A program made the translations under genes and the position numbers. From Mustelus asterias (taxonomy: Eukaryota), in contig NC_135808.1 in the NCBI RefSeq assembly GCF_964213995.1, positions 39,866,001-39,930,000 of the forward strand: a stretch of 64,000 bases of DNA, read 5' to 3'. The notes under the pieces are model-generated. The model was given only the letters and a program-made list of their open reading frames with translations. It searched no databases and had not been told where the DNA came from. Shown here in pieces: positions 37,690 through 50,632 of this stretch; positions within the stretch are counted from its first letter, which is position 1, and the number at the start of each line of letters is the position of its first letter.

Positions 37690-40600
37690 ATGATGAGCTG
37701 GATTCTGAGCCTCAGATATGGTGACACATCGGGGAGGGGGAGAGTTACCTGGACGCCGTGTTTCAGGAGGCAGTCACACCCCTTAGACTAAATAACTTGA
37801 ATTCAGCCAGTCGTCAGGGACAGAAGGGTATGGCTGCGAGTGAGGCAGGTAGCGGAACCCAGGAGATAGGGTTAGAGGAGCTCGGCCTTTGTCCTTGTCC
37901 AACTGGTTCGAGATTCTTGCTTCCTCTGAGGACGGAAACGGTGTCTGTAGGGAGGATGTGCCAACTGACAACAGCACCGTGCAGGGAGCCATTCAAGTGG
38001 GGGAGAGAAAAGAAATGTAGTTGTAATTGGGGATAGTATAGTCAGGGGCATAGACGATATTCTTTGTGACTAGGTTCAAGACTCCTGAATGTTGTGTTGC
38101 CTACCTGGTGCTTGGTTTCAGGATATCTCATCTGGGCCGCAGAGGAACTTAAAGTGTGAGGGTAAAGTTCCACTTTTTGTGGTCCACGTTCGTACCAATG
38201 ACACAGATAAAACAAGGGCCGAGTTTCTGCAGAGAGAGTATGAACAGCTAGGAGCTAAGTTAAAAAGCAGAATCAAAAAGGTAATAATCTCTGGGTTACT
38301 ACCAGAGCCACTAACTAATTGGCACATGGTGAATAAGATTAAGCAGGTAAATGCGTGGCTTAAAGATTGGTGTGGGAGAAATGGGTTTGAATTCAAGAGA
38401 CATTGGCATCAGTTCTGGTGAAGAAGAGAGCTGTTCAATGGGACGGTCTTCATCTGAATCATGCTGGGACCAGAGTCCTAGCAAATTGCATAACGAGGGC
38501 TTTAAACTGAATAGCGGGCAGGATACACCTGCAGGGCAAATGAGAAAACCCAAATTGAAGGAGGAGATAAGAATGCAGGTTAGCGGTGTGGTAGATGGTT
38601 ACAAGACAATAAAATAGAGGAACAGAATGGGTGAATGTTTTATGCACAAAGGAATTATAGGAGAGTGGGAAAATTACCAGCAGAATAAATTGAGAAGCTT
38701 TGTATCTAAATGCACGAAGCATCTGGAACAAAGTTAATGAGTTAACGGCGCAAATAGAAACAGAAGGGTATGATTTGGTGGTGATTACTGAGACACGGTG
38801 ACAAGGAGACCAGGTTTGGGGATTGAATATCCAAGGGTATTCAGCATTTCTGGAAGATAGACTTCAAGGAAAAGGAGATGGTGTAGCTTTGTTGGTGAAG
38901 AAAGGGATCAGTGCTGTAATGAGAAATGACGTAAGTATGGGAGATCAAGATATGGAATCAGTCTGGGTAGAAATAAGAAACAGTAAAGGAAAGAAATACT
39001 TGGTAGGAGTAATCTATAGGTCCCCAAGCAATAGTTCCACAGTGAGGCACAATATAAACCAGGAAATGCTGGGGGCTTGCAAGAAAAATATGGGAATAAT
39101 TATGGATGATTTTAATATGCACAAAGATTGGAAGAATCAAATTTGCAAGGGTAGCCTGGAGGCAGAGTTCATTGAATGTATTAGAAATTGTTTCTTGTAT
39201 CAGTATGTTGTGGAGCCAACCAGGGAGCAGGCTATTCTGAATTTGGCATTGTGTAATAAGAAGGGATTAACTGACGGCATCATAGTTAAGAATCCTTTTG
39301 GGAGCAGTGACCATATTACGATATGATTCAAAATGCAGTTTGGGGGTGAGAAAGTGGAGTCCCACACTAGCGTTCTGGAATTAAGCATAGGGAATTACAT
39401 AGGCATGAGGACAGTTTGGCCCGAGTGAGCAGGAGGGCTAAAAGGTAGGACAGCAGTTGAGCAGCGACAGTTGTTAAAGAAGTTACTCAAGTCCTCACAA
39501 CTTAAATATATTCCAGTGAAGAAACGAGATGGGGGGGGGGGGGGTGCGGTGCAGCATCCATGGCGAACCAAGGACGTCAAGGACAATATAAGGCCAAATC
39601 TAAGCTATGCCATATTGCAAAGGTCAGTGGCAGGCTGGAAGATTGGTAAACTTTCAAACATAAACAAAGGGATACCAAAAATTAATAAAAATAGCTGACA
39701 TAAATTACAAATAAAACTAACGCAAAAATATGAAGACGTAATGCAAAAGATTTTATAGATATATAAAAGGGAGGAGAATCACTAGGATGAATGTTGGTCC
39801 CTTGGAAAATGAAACCGGAGAGCTAGAAGTGGGGAACACTGAAATAGCAGAGATGCTAAATCAATACTTTGCCTTAGTTTTCATGGTGGAGGACATTACG
39901 ACCATTCATCCAAGAATGTGCAACTCAGAGGTAATAGAAAGGGTAGAACTTAGAACAATCAACATCGTTAGGGAAAAAGGTACTCAGCAATCTATTGGGA
40001 TTAAGGCAGATATGTTCCCCCATGCCCGATGGGGTATTAAAGAAAGTGGCAGCGGAGGTAGTGGACCCATTGTTAGAATATTCCAGAATTCCCTGGGCAC
40101 ATGAAAGGTTCCAATAGATTGGAACAATGGTAATATAACACCCTTATTTAAAAAGTGGGGGAAGCAAAATGAGGGAAATTACAGACCGGTTAGTTTAACA
40201 TCTGTTGTTGGGAAAGCTTTAGAATCAATTATCAAGGAAGGAACATCAGGAAAGTCAAAACGCTATCCATCAGACTCAGCATGGTGTTATGAAAGGGAAA
40301 TTAAGTTTCAATAAATTGTTAGAGTTCTTCGAGAATGTAACAAGCAAAATAGATAATGGGAATCCTGTAGATGTAGTATATCTGGACCTCCAGAAAGTGT
40401 TTGATAAGGTGCCGCACAAACAGTTAATTCACAAAGTTAGATCACATGAGATTAGGGGTAATTTATTAGCTTGGATGGTGACTGGCTGATGGACAGAAGG
40501 CAGAGAATCAGGATAAATGATTTTTTAAAGAAGTAACTAGTGGGGTGCCACAGGGTTCAGTCCTTGGGCCACAGCTATTTACAATCTATATTAATGACTT

Positions 40601-41520
40601 GGATACAGGGATAGAATGCTCCATAGACAAATTTGCAGGTGACACATAAAATAGGCGGGGCAGTAAGTTGCAATGAAGAAAGAAGAAGCTTACAAATGGC
40701 TACAGATAGGTTAGGAGAGTGGGCCAAAATGTGGCAGATGGATTTGAAAGGGGATAAATGTGAAGTCATGCATCTTGGTCAGAAAAATGGGAAGACGACT
40801 TATTATCGAAATGGGGAGAAACTTCGCGGTGCTCTAGTGCAGAGGAATCTGAATATCGTCATTCATGAGTCACAGATAATAAAGAAAGTGAATGGAATGT
40901 TGGCATTTATAGCTAAAGAAATAGAATATAAATGTAAGGATGTATTTTTGCAACTTGATAAGCCGTTGGTGAGGCCGCACCTGGAGTATTGTGCACCGTT
41001 TTGGTCCCCTTATTTGAGGAAAGATGTAGTGACATTGGAGACAGTCCAGAGGAGGCTCACTAGATTGATTCCAGAGATGACGGATTTGTCATATGAAGAG
41101 AGATTGAAAAGTTTAGACCTTTACCTTCTGGAATTCAGAAGAATGAGGGGCGATCAAATTGACGTATACAAAAGATGATAAAAGTCATGGATAAAGTAGA
41201 CATGGAGCAGATGGGGCATTCTAGGACGAGACGTCATAGTCTTAGGATCAGGGGTAGCAAATTTAAAACAGAGTTGTGGCAAAACTACTCCCAAAGTGTT
41301 GTGACTCTGTGGAATTAGCTACCCCAAAGTGCAGTGAATGCTGGGACAGTGAGTAAATTTAAGAAAGAGTTAGACAGATTTTTAATTAGTAATGGGTTGA
41401 AGGATTATGGGGAGAAGGCAGCGAAATGTGGCTGAGGAGCATATTAGCCATGATCGGATGGCAGAGTGGACTCGATGGGCCTAATTCTACTCCTACATCT
41501 TAAGAAATTATGAATTTATG
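37690..41520 (+). mobile_element. CR1 LINE with ORF1 SGNH esterase and degraded ORF2
   Basis: IGDSIVRG, HVRTND and GLH motifs; EN (YLNARSI, GSSDH); RT; 3' tail. Confidence 0.93.
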
Positions 41521-41721
41521 AAATGAAAGTTACAAGGCACATATAAAGATGAGAAGTGGCGATATTGTCAATGACGATGCGTGAATGGCTGACGTTAATA
41601 ATTACCTTGCCTCTGTGTTTACAATAGGAAAGGAGGATAGCTTGCTGAAAGGTTCGAGGATATTGATTGTGGATCGGGGGCAAGGAAGTAAAATGTCGAT
41701 GATGAGGAAATTACTGGCAGG

Positions 41722-43578
41722 CCGAGAATCACGAGAAGGCCTTGGCAGGTAAGATGAAGGAGAACCCTAAGGCGTTCTATAAATATGTGAAGAGCAAACA
41801 GATGAGATATGAAGGAACAGGACCTATAAAAGGTGAGGGTGAGAACGTCTGTACAGAACCAGAAGAAATAGCAGAGGTGCTCAATGAATATTTTACCTCG
41901 GTATTCACGGTGGAAAAAGACCTGGGTAGTTGTACTACAGGATTGAGGCGGACTGAAAAGATTGAGTATGTGGATATTAAGAAAGGGGATGTGTTGGAAA
42001 TTTTGAATAGCATCAAGATAGATAAGTCGCCGGGACCGGGTGGGATGTACCCCAGGTTACTGTGGGAGACGAGGGAAGAGATTGCAGAGTCTCTGGCGAT
42101 GATCTTTGCATCATCAATGGAGACGGGAGAGATTCCGGAGGATTGGAGGATTGCGGATGTGGTTCCTATATTCAAGAAAGGGAATAGGGATAGCCCAGGA
42201 AATTACTGACCGGTGAGTCGAACCTCAGTGGTTGGTAAGTTGATGGAGAAGATCCTGAGGGACAGGATTTATGAACATTTAGAGAAGTTTAGTATGCTCA
42301 AAAGTAGTCAGCACGGTTTTGTCAATGGAAAATCGTGCCTTACGAGCCTGGTGGAGTTCTTTGAAAATGTGATGTAACACATTGACGAAGGAAAAGCGGT
42401 AGATGTGGTTTACATGGACTTCAGCAAGGCGTTCGATAAGATCCCCCATGCAAGACTTCTCGAGAAAGTGAGTGGGCATGGGATCCAAGGGGCTTGTGGA
42501 TTCAGAATTGGCTTGCCTGCAGAAGGCAGAGAGTGGTTGTAGACGGGTCTTTTTCTGAATGGAGGTCGGTCACCAGTGGAGTACCCGAGGAATCTGTTCT
42601 GGGACCCTTGCTGTTTGTCATTTTCATAAATGACCTGGATGAGGAAGTGGAGGGATGGGTTGGTAAGTTTGCCGACGACACGAAGGTTGGTGGTGTTGTG
42701 GATAGGTTGGAGGGATGTCAGGAGCTGTAGCGTGACATAGATAGGATGCAAGACTGGGCGGAGAAGTGGCAGATGGACTTCAACCCAGATAAATGTGTAG
42801 TTGTCCATTTTGGCAGGTCAAATGGGATGAAGGAGTATAATATCAAGGGTAAGACTCTTAGCAGTGTAGAGGATCAGAAGGACGTTGGGGTCCGGGTCCA
42901 TAGGACTCTTAAATCGGCCTCGCAGGTAGAGGAGGTGGTTAAGAAGGCTTATGGTGTGCTGGCCTTCATCAATCGAGGGATTGAGTTTAGGAGTCAGGAG
43001 ATAATGATGCAGCTTTATAAGACCCTCGTCAGACCCCACTTGGGGTACTGTGCTCAGTTCTGGTCGCCTCATTACAGGAGAGATGTGGAAATGATTGAAA
43101 GGGTGCAGAGAAGATTTACAAGGATGTTGCCTGGATTGGTTGGCATGCCTTATGAGGGTAGGCTGAGGGAGCTCGGTCTTTTCTCCTTGGAGAGACGAAG
43201 GATGAGAGGTGACCTGATAGAGGTGTACAAGATGTTGAGAGGTAAAGATCGGGTGGATTCTCGGAGGCTTTTTCCCAATGGTGAAATGGCTGCTACGAGA
43301 GGACACAGGTTTAAGGTGCTGGGGAGTAGGTACAGAGGAGATGTCAGGGGTAAGTTTTTCACTCAGAAGGTGGTGGGTGAGTGGAATCGGCTGCCATCAG
43401 TGGTGGTGGAGGCAAACTCGATAGGGTCTTTTAAGAAACTTCTGGATGAGTACATGGGACTTAATAGGATTAAGGGTTATAGGTAAGCCTATATATAAGC
43501 CTAGGTAGGTAGGGACATGACCGGCGCAACTTGTGGTCCGAAGGGCCTGTTTGTGCTGTATTTTTTTCTATGTTCTAT
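41722..43578 (+). mobile_element. CR1 LINE ORF2 3' part, fairly young
   Basis: KENPKAFY..KSPGP..KFADDTK..FFTQKVV with few stops; TTCTATG tail. Confidence 0.95.
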
Positions 43579-44358
43579 AACCCTTAAAAGTATTGATAGG
43601 CAGAGGGATCTGGGTGTACAGGTACACAGGTCACTGAAAGTGGTAATGCAGGCAGAGAAGGTAGTCAAGAGGACATACGGAATGCTTGCCTTCATCGGCC
43701 TGGGCATTGAGTTTAATAATTGGCAAGTCATGTTGCAGCTTGATAGAACCTCAGTTAGGCCACACTTGGAATATAGTGTTCAATTGTGGTCGCCACATTA
43801 CCAGAATGTTGTGGAGGCTTTGGAGAGGTTACAGAAATGATGACTAGTATGGAGGGCATTAGTTATGAGGAGAGGTTGGAGAAACCTGGATTGTTCTCAC
43901 TGGAATGACGGAGGTTGAGGTGTGATCTGATAAAAGTCTGAAAGGTTATGAAAGGCATGGACAGAGTGGATATTCAGAAGCTTTTGCCCAGGGTGGAACA
44001 GTCAATTACTGGGGACATAGGTTTAACGTGCGAGGGGCAAGGTTTAAAGGAGATGTACGAGGTAGGTTTTTTACACGGAGGGTGGTGGATGCCTGGAACT
44101 CGCTGCCGGGGGTCGGGGGGGGGGGGATGGGGGGCGGGGGATAGGCGTGGGGGGGGTGTGGGGGGAGGTAGTGGAAGCAGATGCGATCGTGACTTATAAG
44201 AAGCGTCTTGACAAACACATGAATAAGTTGGGAATGGGGGGAAATGATCCCCGGAACGGTAGGGGGTTTTAGTTAAGTCAGGCAGCATGATTGGTGCAGG
44301 CTTGGGCGGCCAAAGGGCCTGTTCGTATGCTCTAATTTTCTTTGTTCTTTTGTTCTAT
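43579..44358 (+). mobile_element. CR1 3' fragment (same type as the fragment in the Harbinger intron)
   Basis: QRDLGVQVH..RPHLEYSVQ; TTCTTTG tail. Confidence 0.92.
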
Positions 44359-45464
44359 ATCTGGATGTGGATGCTGGGCAAGGAAGGAATATGGATGCAA
44401 ACTCCCACAGTAGCCTCCCCTGACAAGTAGTCAAGGGCAAGCACCATCACCTTCCAGCAATGAGAGAAGAAACAAACCTCAGAACAACGAAAAATTTGCT
44501 TTTGTTCGATGCATCATCATTCGAGCAGCATATCAGAGATCCTCACGTCACCCGCACCACGACAGGTTCTGAGGACGATTGGACCATGTGCACCTTAACC
44601 CATCCACAATTTCCATCAGCACTCTCAGTGCTGCCAGAGAATTACCAAAGAATGCCTCAACAATTCCAGCAATGTGGCCCTTCTCATTCAGCGGCTCACT
44701 GCCAGTATATCTAACTCTCGCCACCTGCATTTACGGTGAGCCCACTGTCTAGTATACCTTGAACTCCATCATGACAAGCAGCACTGGACAGGTAGCTGAT
44801 CTTTGAACGGGGAAACATCAGGATTAGCTTGACGAAAATGTTCAAGGGATACCTGAAGCGGGGGTGAATTGAAAAAATTTCACCAAAATTATACTGCAAT
44901 GGCAAGCAAATAGAGATTCTGAAAGGATGTTGATGTCTCGAATATAATGGAGTGCTGGATTTCTCAAACAGTTTCTATCACCCCTTTGTGAACATATCGA
45001 GATTTACAGCGAATTAAAGGAAAACAAATACGCGTGTGGGTGGCGGGGGCAGACGGCTGGGGGTGGGTGGGGCCGGGCGGGGGAGAGCGAATGATGAGGG
45101 AGCAGAAAAAGAAGGCGTTTGAGTAGAAACCAGGATCAGATTATAACTTAACTGCGATTTATTTATCGTGTTTTTTCTGATCCTGAATCGCCGATCCAAC
45201 TGGCCAGCACCGAACAGGGCAGTGCACTCCTGAGGCCGTCAGTCCAGTTCTGCAGAACCTTTACGGAAGGGGGTCACGCCCACTTTTTTACGATACTGAC
45301 TTCGTAATTCAGGTGACTTTAAAGGTCCAGCCACTTTCAAAACAGGAAGAAGATAAATTAATCAGGTGAGGGGTTAGAAATTTATGATGGGGGTCTCGGG
45401 AGCGTTGGAAATCGACTAATTCGGTATGCGTGTTGGGTCAATCATTCGGAGAGTATTTATATAA

Positions 45465-45870
45465 GTTGGCTGGACGGATGGTTTGTGATGCAGCGTGATG
45501 CCAGCAGCACGGGTTCAATTCTCGTATAGGCTGAGGTTGTTCTTTGAAGCCCTCCTTCGTTCCCTGGCCGCTCGCCAGAGTTGCATTTAGCTCTCAAAAT
45601 GGTGGCAGTCTATGATCAACTGGAGTTGTGGCGACTTTATCTTTATGGTAATCCAGAAACCGAACGTAGTGCTCTAGAGACCCGAGTTGCAATGCCACCA
45701 CGGTAGCCTTTGAAAGGTGAATTCAATAAAATAAACATCTAGAATTCTCGTAAAAGCTCACCTGGTTCGCGGATGTACTTTCGATAAAGAAATCTGGTCA
45801 TCCTGACCTCACCTGACCTGTACGAGACTCCAGGTCTACAGACCTCTGAACTGGCCAGCAAGACATGTAA
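45465..45870 (+). mobile_element. Two adjacent old tRNA-derived SINE relics
   Basis: B-box-like GGGTTCAATTC at about 45510 and GACCCGAGTTGCAATGCC at about 45680. Confidence 0.5.
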
Positions 45871-46589
45871 CAAAAAAGTCTGACTGCGGGAAGATGTAAA
45901 TCACTCGTCCATTGGACAGAAAGGTGGAGAATATAATACAATCCAGAAAACATGAAGATCTTGGAGAGTGCAAAAAGCAGGAGATGGCCCTATCAATACT
46001 GAACATTGTTAAAGAACGGGAACAATTACAGTGCATGTCCTCAGACACTTAAATATAGATAAGTTGGTTAAGCAGATATATGATAATTTCCTCTAATAGC
46101 GCAGATATAGAATGTAAGAGCAGGGAAGCTATCCTAAGAGCTAAATTTTAGCTAAAAGGCAGCTTCAATACGATGTACAGTTCTCATCACCACATGAAAG
46201 GCAAATGTAATTTCACTGGAAAGTGTGCAAGGAAGGTTACAGAAGGTGTTGCGTGGATTGGAAAATATTATCAGTGCGGAAATATTAGACGGGTTGGAGT
46301 AGATCAGAAGAGTATCTGATGCAAAAATTGAGACGTATCAAGTTTTACGTGACTGAGTACCCCATTTACCGTGAAAGAGTGTTCCAAAACCAAAGATTTA
46401 AAATATTTTCCAAAAGGATTCAAGGGGAGATGCAGGAAACATGTTTCACTCTGTGGCGGTAGAGTCTTGGAACTCTCTCTGAAAGTTTGGTGGAGACAGA
46501 AATTCTCATCATATTAAAAACGCACGAGCACTTGAAGCGTTGTGACTGACAGGACTGTGGACGATTTCTGCTTTTCTCATGGTACAGAC

Positions 46590-49500
46590 ACCATAGAACC
46601 ATAGAACCATAGAAAATTACAGCTCAGAAACAGGCCTTTTGGCCCTTCTTGTCTGTGCCGAACCATTTTTTGCCTAGTCCCACTGACCTGCACTTGGACC
46701 ATATCCCTCCACACCCCTCTCATCCATGAACCCGTCCAAGTTTTTCTTAAATGTTAAAGGCATTTACCACTTTATCCGGCAGCTCATTCCACACTCCCAC
46801 CACTCTCTGCATGAAGAAGACCCCCTAATATTCCCTTTAAACTTTTCTGCTTTCCCCCTTAACCCACGCCCTCTGTTTTTTTTTCTCCCCTAGCCTCAGC
46901 GGAAAAAGCCTGCTTGCATTCACCCTATCGATACCCATCAAAATCTTATACACCTCTATCAAATCTCCCCTCAATCTTCTACGCTCCAGGGAATAAAGTC
47001 CCAACCTATTCAATCTCTCTCTGTAACTCAGCTTCTCAAGTCCCGGCAACATCTTTGTGAACCTTCTCTGCACTCTTTCAATCTTATTTACATCCTTCCT
47101 GTAACTAGGTGACCAAAACTGTACACAATACTCCAAATTCGGCCTCACCAATGCCTTATATAACCTTACCATAACACTCCAACTTTTATACTCGATACTC
47201 CGATTTATAAAGGCCAATGTACCAAAGGCACTCTTTACGACCCTGTCCACCTGTGACGTCACTTTTAGGGAATTTTGTACCTGTATTCCCAGATCCCTCT
47301 GTTTAACTGCACTCTTCAGAGTCCTACCATTTACCCTGTACGTTCTTCTTTGGTTTGTCCTTCCAAAGTGCAATATCTCACACTTGTCTGCGTTAAATTC
47401 CATTTGCCATTTTTCAGCCCATTTTTCTAGTTGGTCCAAATCCCTCTGCAAGCTTTGAAAACCTTCCTCACTGTCCACTACACCTCCAATCTTTGTATCA
47501 TCAGCAAACTTGCTGATCCAATTTACCACATTATCATCCAGATCATTGATACAGATGACAAACAACAATGGACCCAACATCGATCCCTGCGGCACACCAC
47601 TAGTCACAGGCCTCCACTCAGAGAAGCAATCCTCCACAACCACTCTCTGGCTTCTTCCATTGAGCCAGTGCCTAATCCAATTTACTACCTCCCCATGTAT
47701 ACCTAGCGACTGAACCTTCCTAACTAACCTCGCATGAGGGACTTTGTCAAAGGCCTTGCTGAAATCCAGGTAGACAACACCCACCGCCTTCCCTTCATCC
47801 ACTTTCCTGGTAACCTCCTCGAAAAACTCCAATAGATTGATCAAACATGACCTACCACGCACAAAGCCATGTTGACTCTCCCTAATAAGTCCCTGTCTAT
47901 CCAAATATTTGTAGATCCTATCCCTTATCACACCTTCCAATAACTTGTCTACCACCGACGTCAAACGTACTGGCCTATAATTACCCGGATTTCTTTTGGA
48001 ACCTTTTTTAAACAACAGAACAACATGAGCCACCCTCCAATCATCCGGCACCTCCCCCGTGAATACTGACATTTTAAGTATGTCTGCCAGGGCCCCTGCA
48101 AGTTCAACACTAGCTTCCCTCAAGGTCCGTGGGAATACCCTGTCCGGTCCTGTGGATTTTTCCACTCTGATTTGCCTCAAGACAGCGAACACCTCCTCCC
48201 CTTTAATCTGTAACGGTTCCATGACCTCCCTACCTGTTTACCCTATTTCCGTAGACTCCATGCCCGTTTCCTCAGTAAATACGGATGCAAAAAAACCATT
48301 TAGTATCTCCCCCATCTCTTTTGGTTCCATACACAGTCTACCACTCTGGTCTTCAAGAGGACCAATTTTATCCCTCACTATCCTTTTGCTCCTAACATAC
48401 CTATAGAAGCTCTTTGGATTTTCCTTCACTCTGTCTGCCAAAGCAACCTCATGTCTTCCTTTAGCCCTCCTGATTTCCCTCTTAAGTAGCTTCTTGCACT
48501 TTTTATACTCCTCGAGCATCTGATTTGTTCCTTGCTGCCTGTACATTTCATACAACTCTCTCTTCCTCTTAATCAGTGTTACAATCTCCCTCGAGAACCA
48601 AGGTTCCTTATTCCTATTTACTTTGCCTTTAATCCTGACAGGAACATACAAACTCTACACTCTCAAAATTTCTCTTTTGAAGGCCTCCCACTTTCCATTT
48701 ACATCCTTACCAGAGAACAGCCTGTGCCAATCCACACTTCCCAGATCCCTTCTCATTTCATCAAATTTGGCCTTTTTCCAGTTCAGAACTTCAACGCGAG
48801 GACCAGATCTATCCTTATCCACGATCAGGTTGAAACTAATGGCATTATGATCACTGGATCCAAAGTGTTCCCTCACACTCACATCCATCACCTGCCCTAA
48901 CTCATTTCCCAATTGGAGATCCAATATCGCATCCTCTCTAGTTGGCACCTCTATATACTGATGTAGAAAATTCTCCTGAACACATTTTACAAACTCTACC
49001 CCATCTAAACCTTTAACAGTATGGGAGTCCCAATCTATATGTGGAAAATTAAAATCCCCTACTATCACAACTTTGTGTTTCTTGCAGTTGTCAGCTATCT
49101 CTCTACTGATTTGCTCCTCCAATTCTCGCTGGCTATTGGGTGGTCTATAATACAACCCCATTAATGTGGTCATACCTTTCTTGTTTCTCAGCTCCACCCA
49201 TAGGGCCTCTGTCGACAAGCTCCCTAACCTATCCTGCCTGAGTACTGCTGTAACATTTTCCATGACCAACAATGCCACCCCCCCCCACCTTTTATCCCTC
49301 TGCCTCTATCCCGCCTGAAACATTGGAACCCTGGAACATTGAGCTGCCAGTCCTGCCCCTCCTGTAGCCAAGTTTCACTAATGGCTATAATGTCATATTT
49401 CCATGTGTCTATCCACGCCTTCAGCTCATCTGCCTTCCCCACAATACTCCTGGCATTGAAATAGACACACCTCAAAATATCATTTCCACCACACTCTACC

Positions 49501-49985
49501 CTTCCATTTGTGATTTTGCTTGAAGTAACCTGTCTTTTTACCCCTGCTCCACTATCTGCTCTGGCACTCTGGTTCCCATCCCCCTGCAAATCTAGTTTAA
49601 ACGCTCCCCAATAACACTAGCAAATCTCCCTGCAAGTATATTGGTCCCCTTGGAGTTTAGGTGTAACCCGTCTCTCTTGTACAGGTCCCACCTGCCCCAG
49701 AAGAGGTCCCAATGATCCAAGAATTGGAAACCCTGCCCCCTGCACCAGTTCCTCAGCCACGTATTCATCCGCCCAAGCATCCTACTCCTGCTCTCACTGG
49801 CATGTGGCTCAGGTAGCAATCCTGAGATTACTTCCCTTGGGGTCCTGCTTTTTAACTTCCTTCCAAGCTCTTTGTACTCACTCTTTAGGACCTCCTCACT
49901 CTTCCTTCCCACGTCATTGGTACCGATGTGTACCACGACATCTCGCTGATCACCTTCCCACTTTAGAACGCTGTGCACGCGATGG
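46590..49985 (-). mobile_element. CR1 LINE, 5'-truncated in the ORF1 esterase, near-intact ORF2
   Basis: Minus-strand ORFs 49592-49990 (esterase), 48655-49589 (EN) and 46837-48222 (RT, 461 aa); (CCATAGAA)n tail. Confidence 0.96.
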
Positions 49986-50545
49986 AACAAATCGCCTCAC
50001 TCGTGTTGTGATTTTCTGATTCTATGATATCCTCCCTCTCCAGCTTTGTAACATTATCCTTAATCAGTATCCCACCTCCTCCTTTACCTCTTTCCTTCTA
50101 TTCCCTGTGCCATCTTCTTCCTGGTAATTTACTCATCTGCCCCGATCTCCTCAGGCCTTTTACTCTGCTCATTGGATGCAGAGGTGGAAGTAACTCTGTT
50201 ACTCCCACATCCAATGAGCGCCTATAACGAACTGTACGTAAGAGAATTGAGTGAAATCAGGGAGTAATTCTACGCAGAGAATGGCAGATATTGAGACCTA
50301 ACTTCCACAGTGATTGACGTTAAGATCACTTTTAATGTTATATGTGAGATTGAGAGATTTTGGAGTATACAGTACACTTTACAGAATCTGTCTCTTTGCT
50401 GATTGTATACAATACCAGTCTCCCTGGGAACAACTCATCTCACCAAGGGGTTTCTGTGCACAATAAATAAGGGATTGCTTTTAATATTATTTCGCCAAAC
50501 AAGACGACGGTTGGCCTGAAACATGGAGACCAAAACGCAGGAAAA

Positions 50546-50632
50546 ATGTATGAGAGTTGATCATTTTCTCAAAAACCGACAAGTCTTTTGAATAGTCAGA
50601 TACTGCATGCATTCGAGAAGATTCAGAAAGTA
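50546..50632 (+). pseudogene. GPR139-like copy 4, exon 1 relic
   Basis: GGAAAAATG context; MYES*SFSQKPTSLLNSQILHAFEKIQKV is colinear with exon 1 at 8575. It is truncated by a SINE-like fragment and the donor site is lost. Confidence 0.8.
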
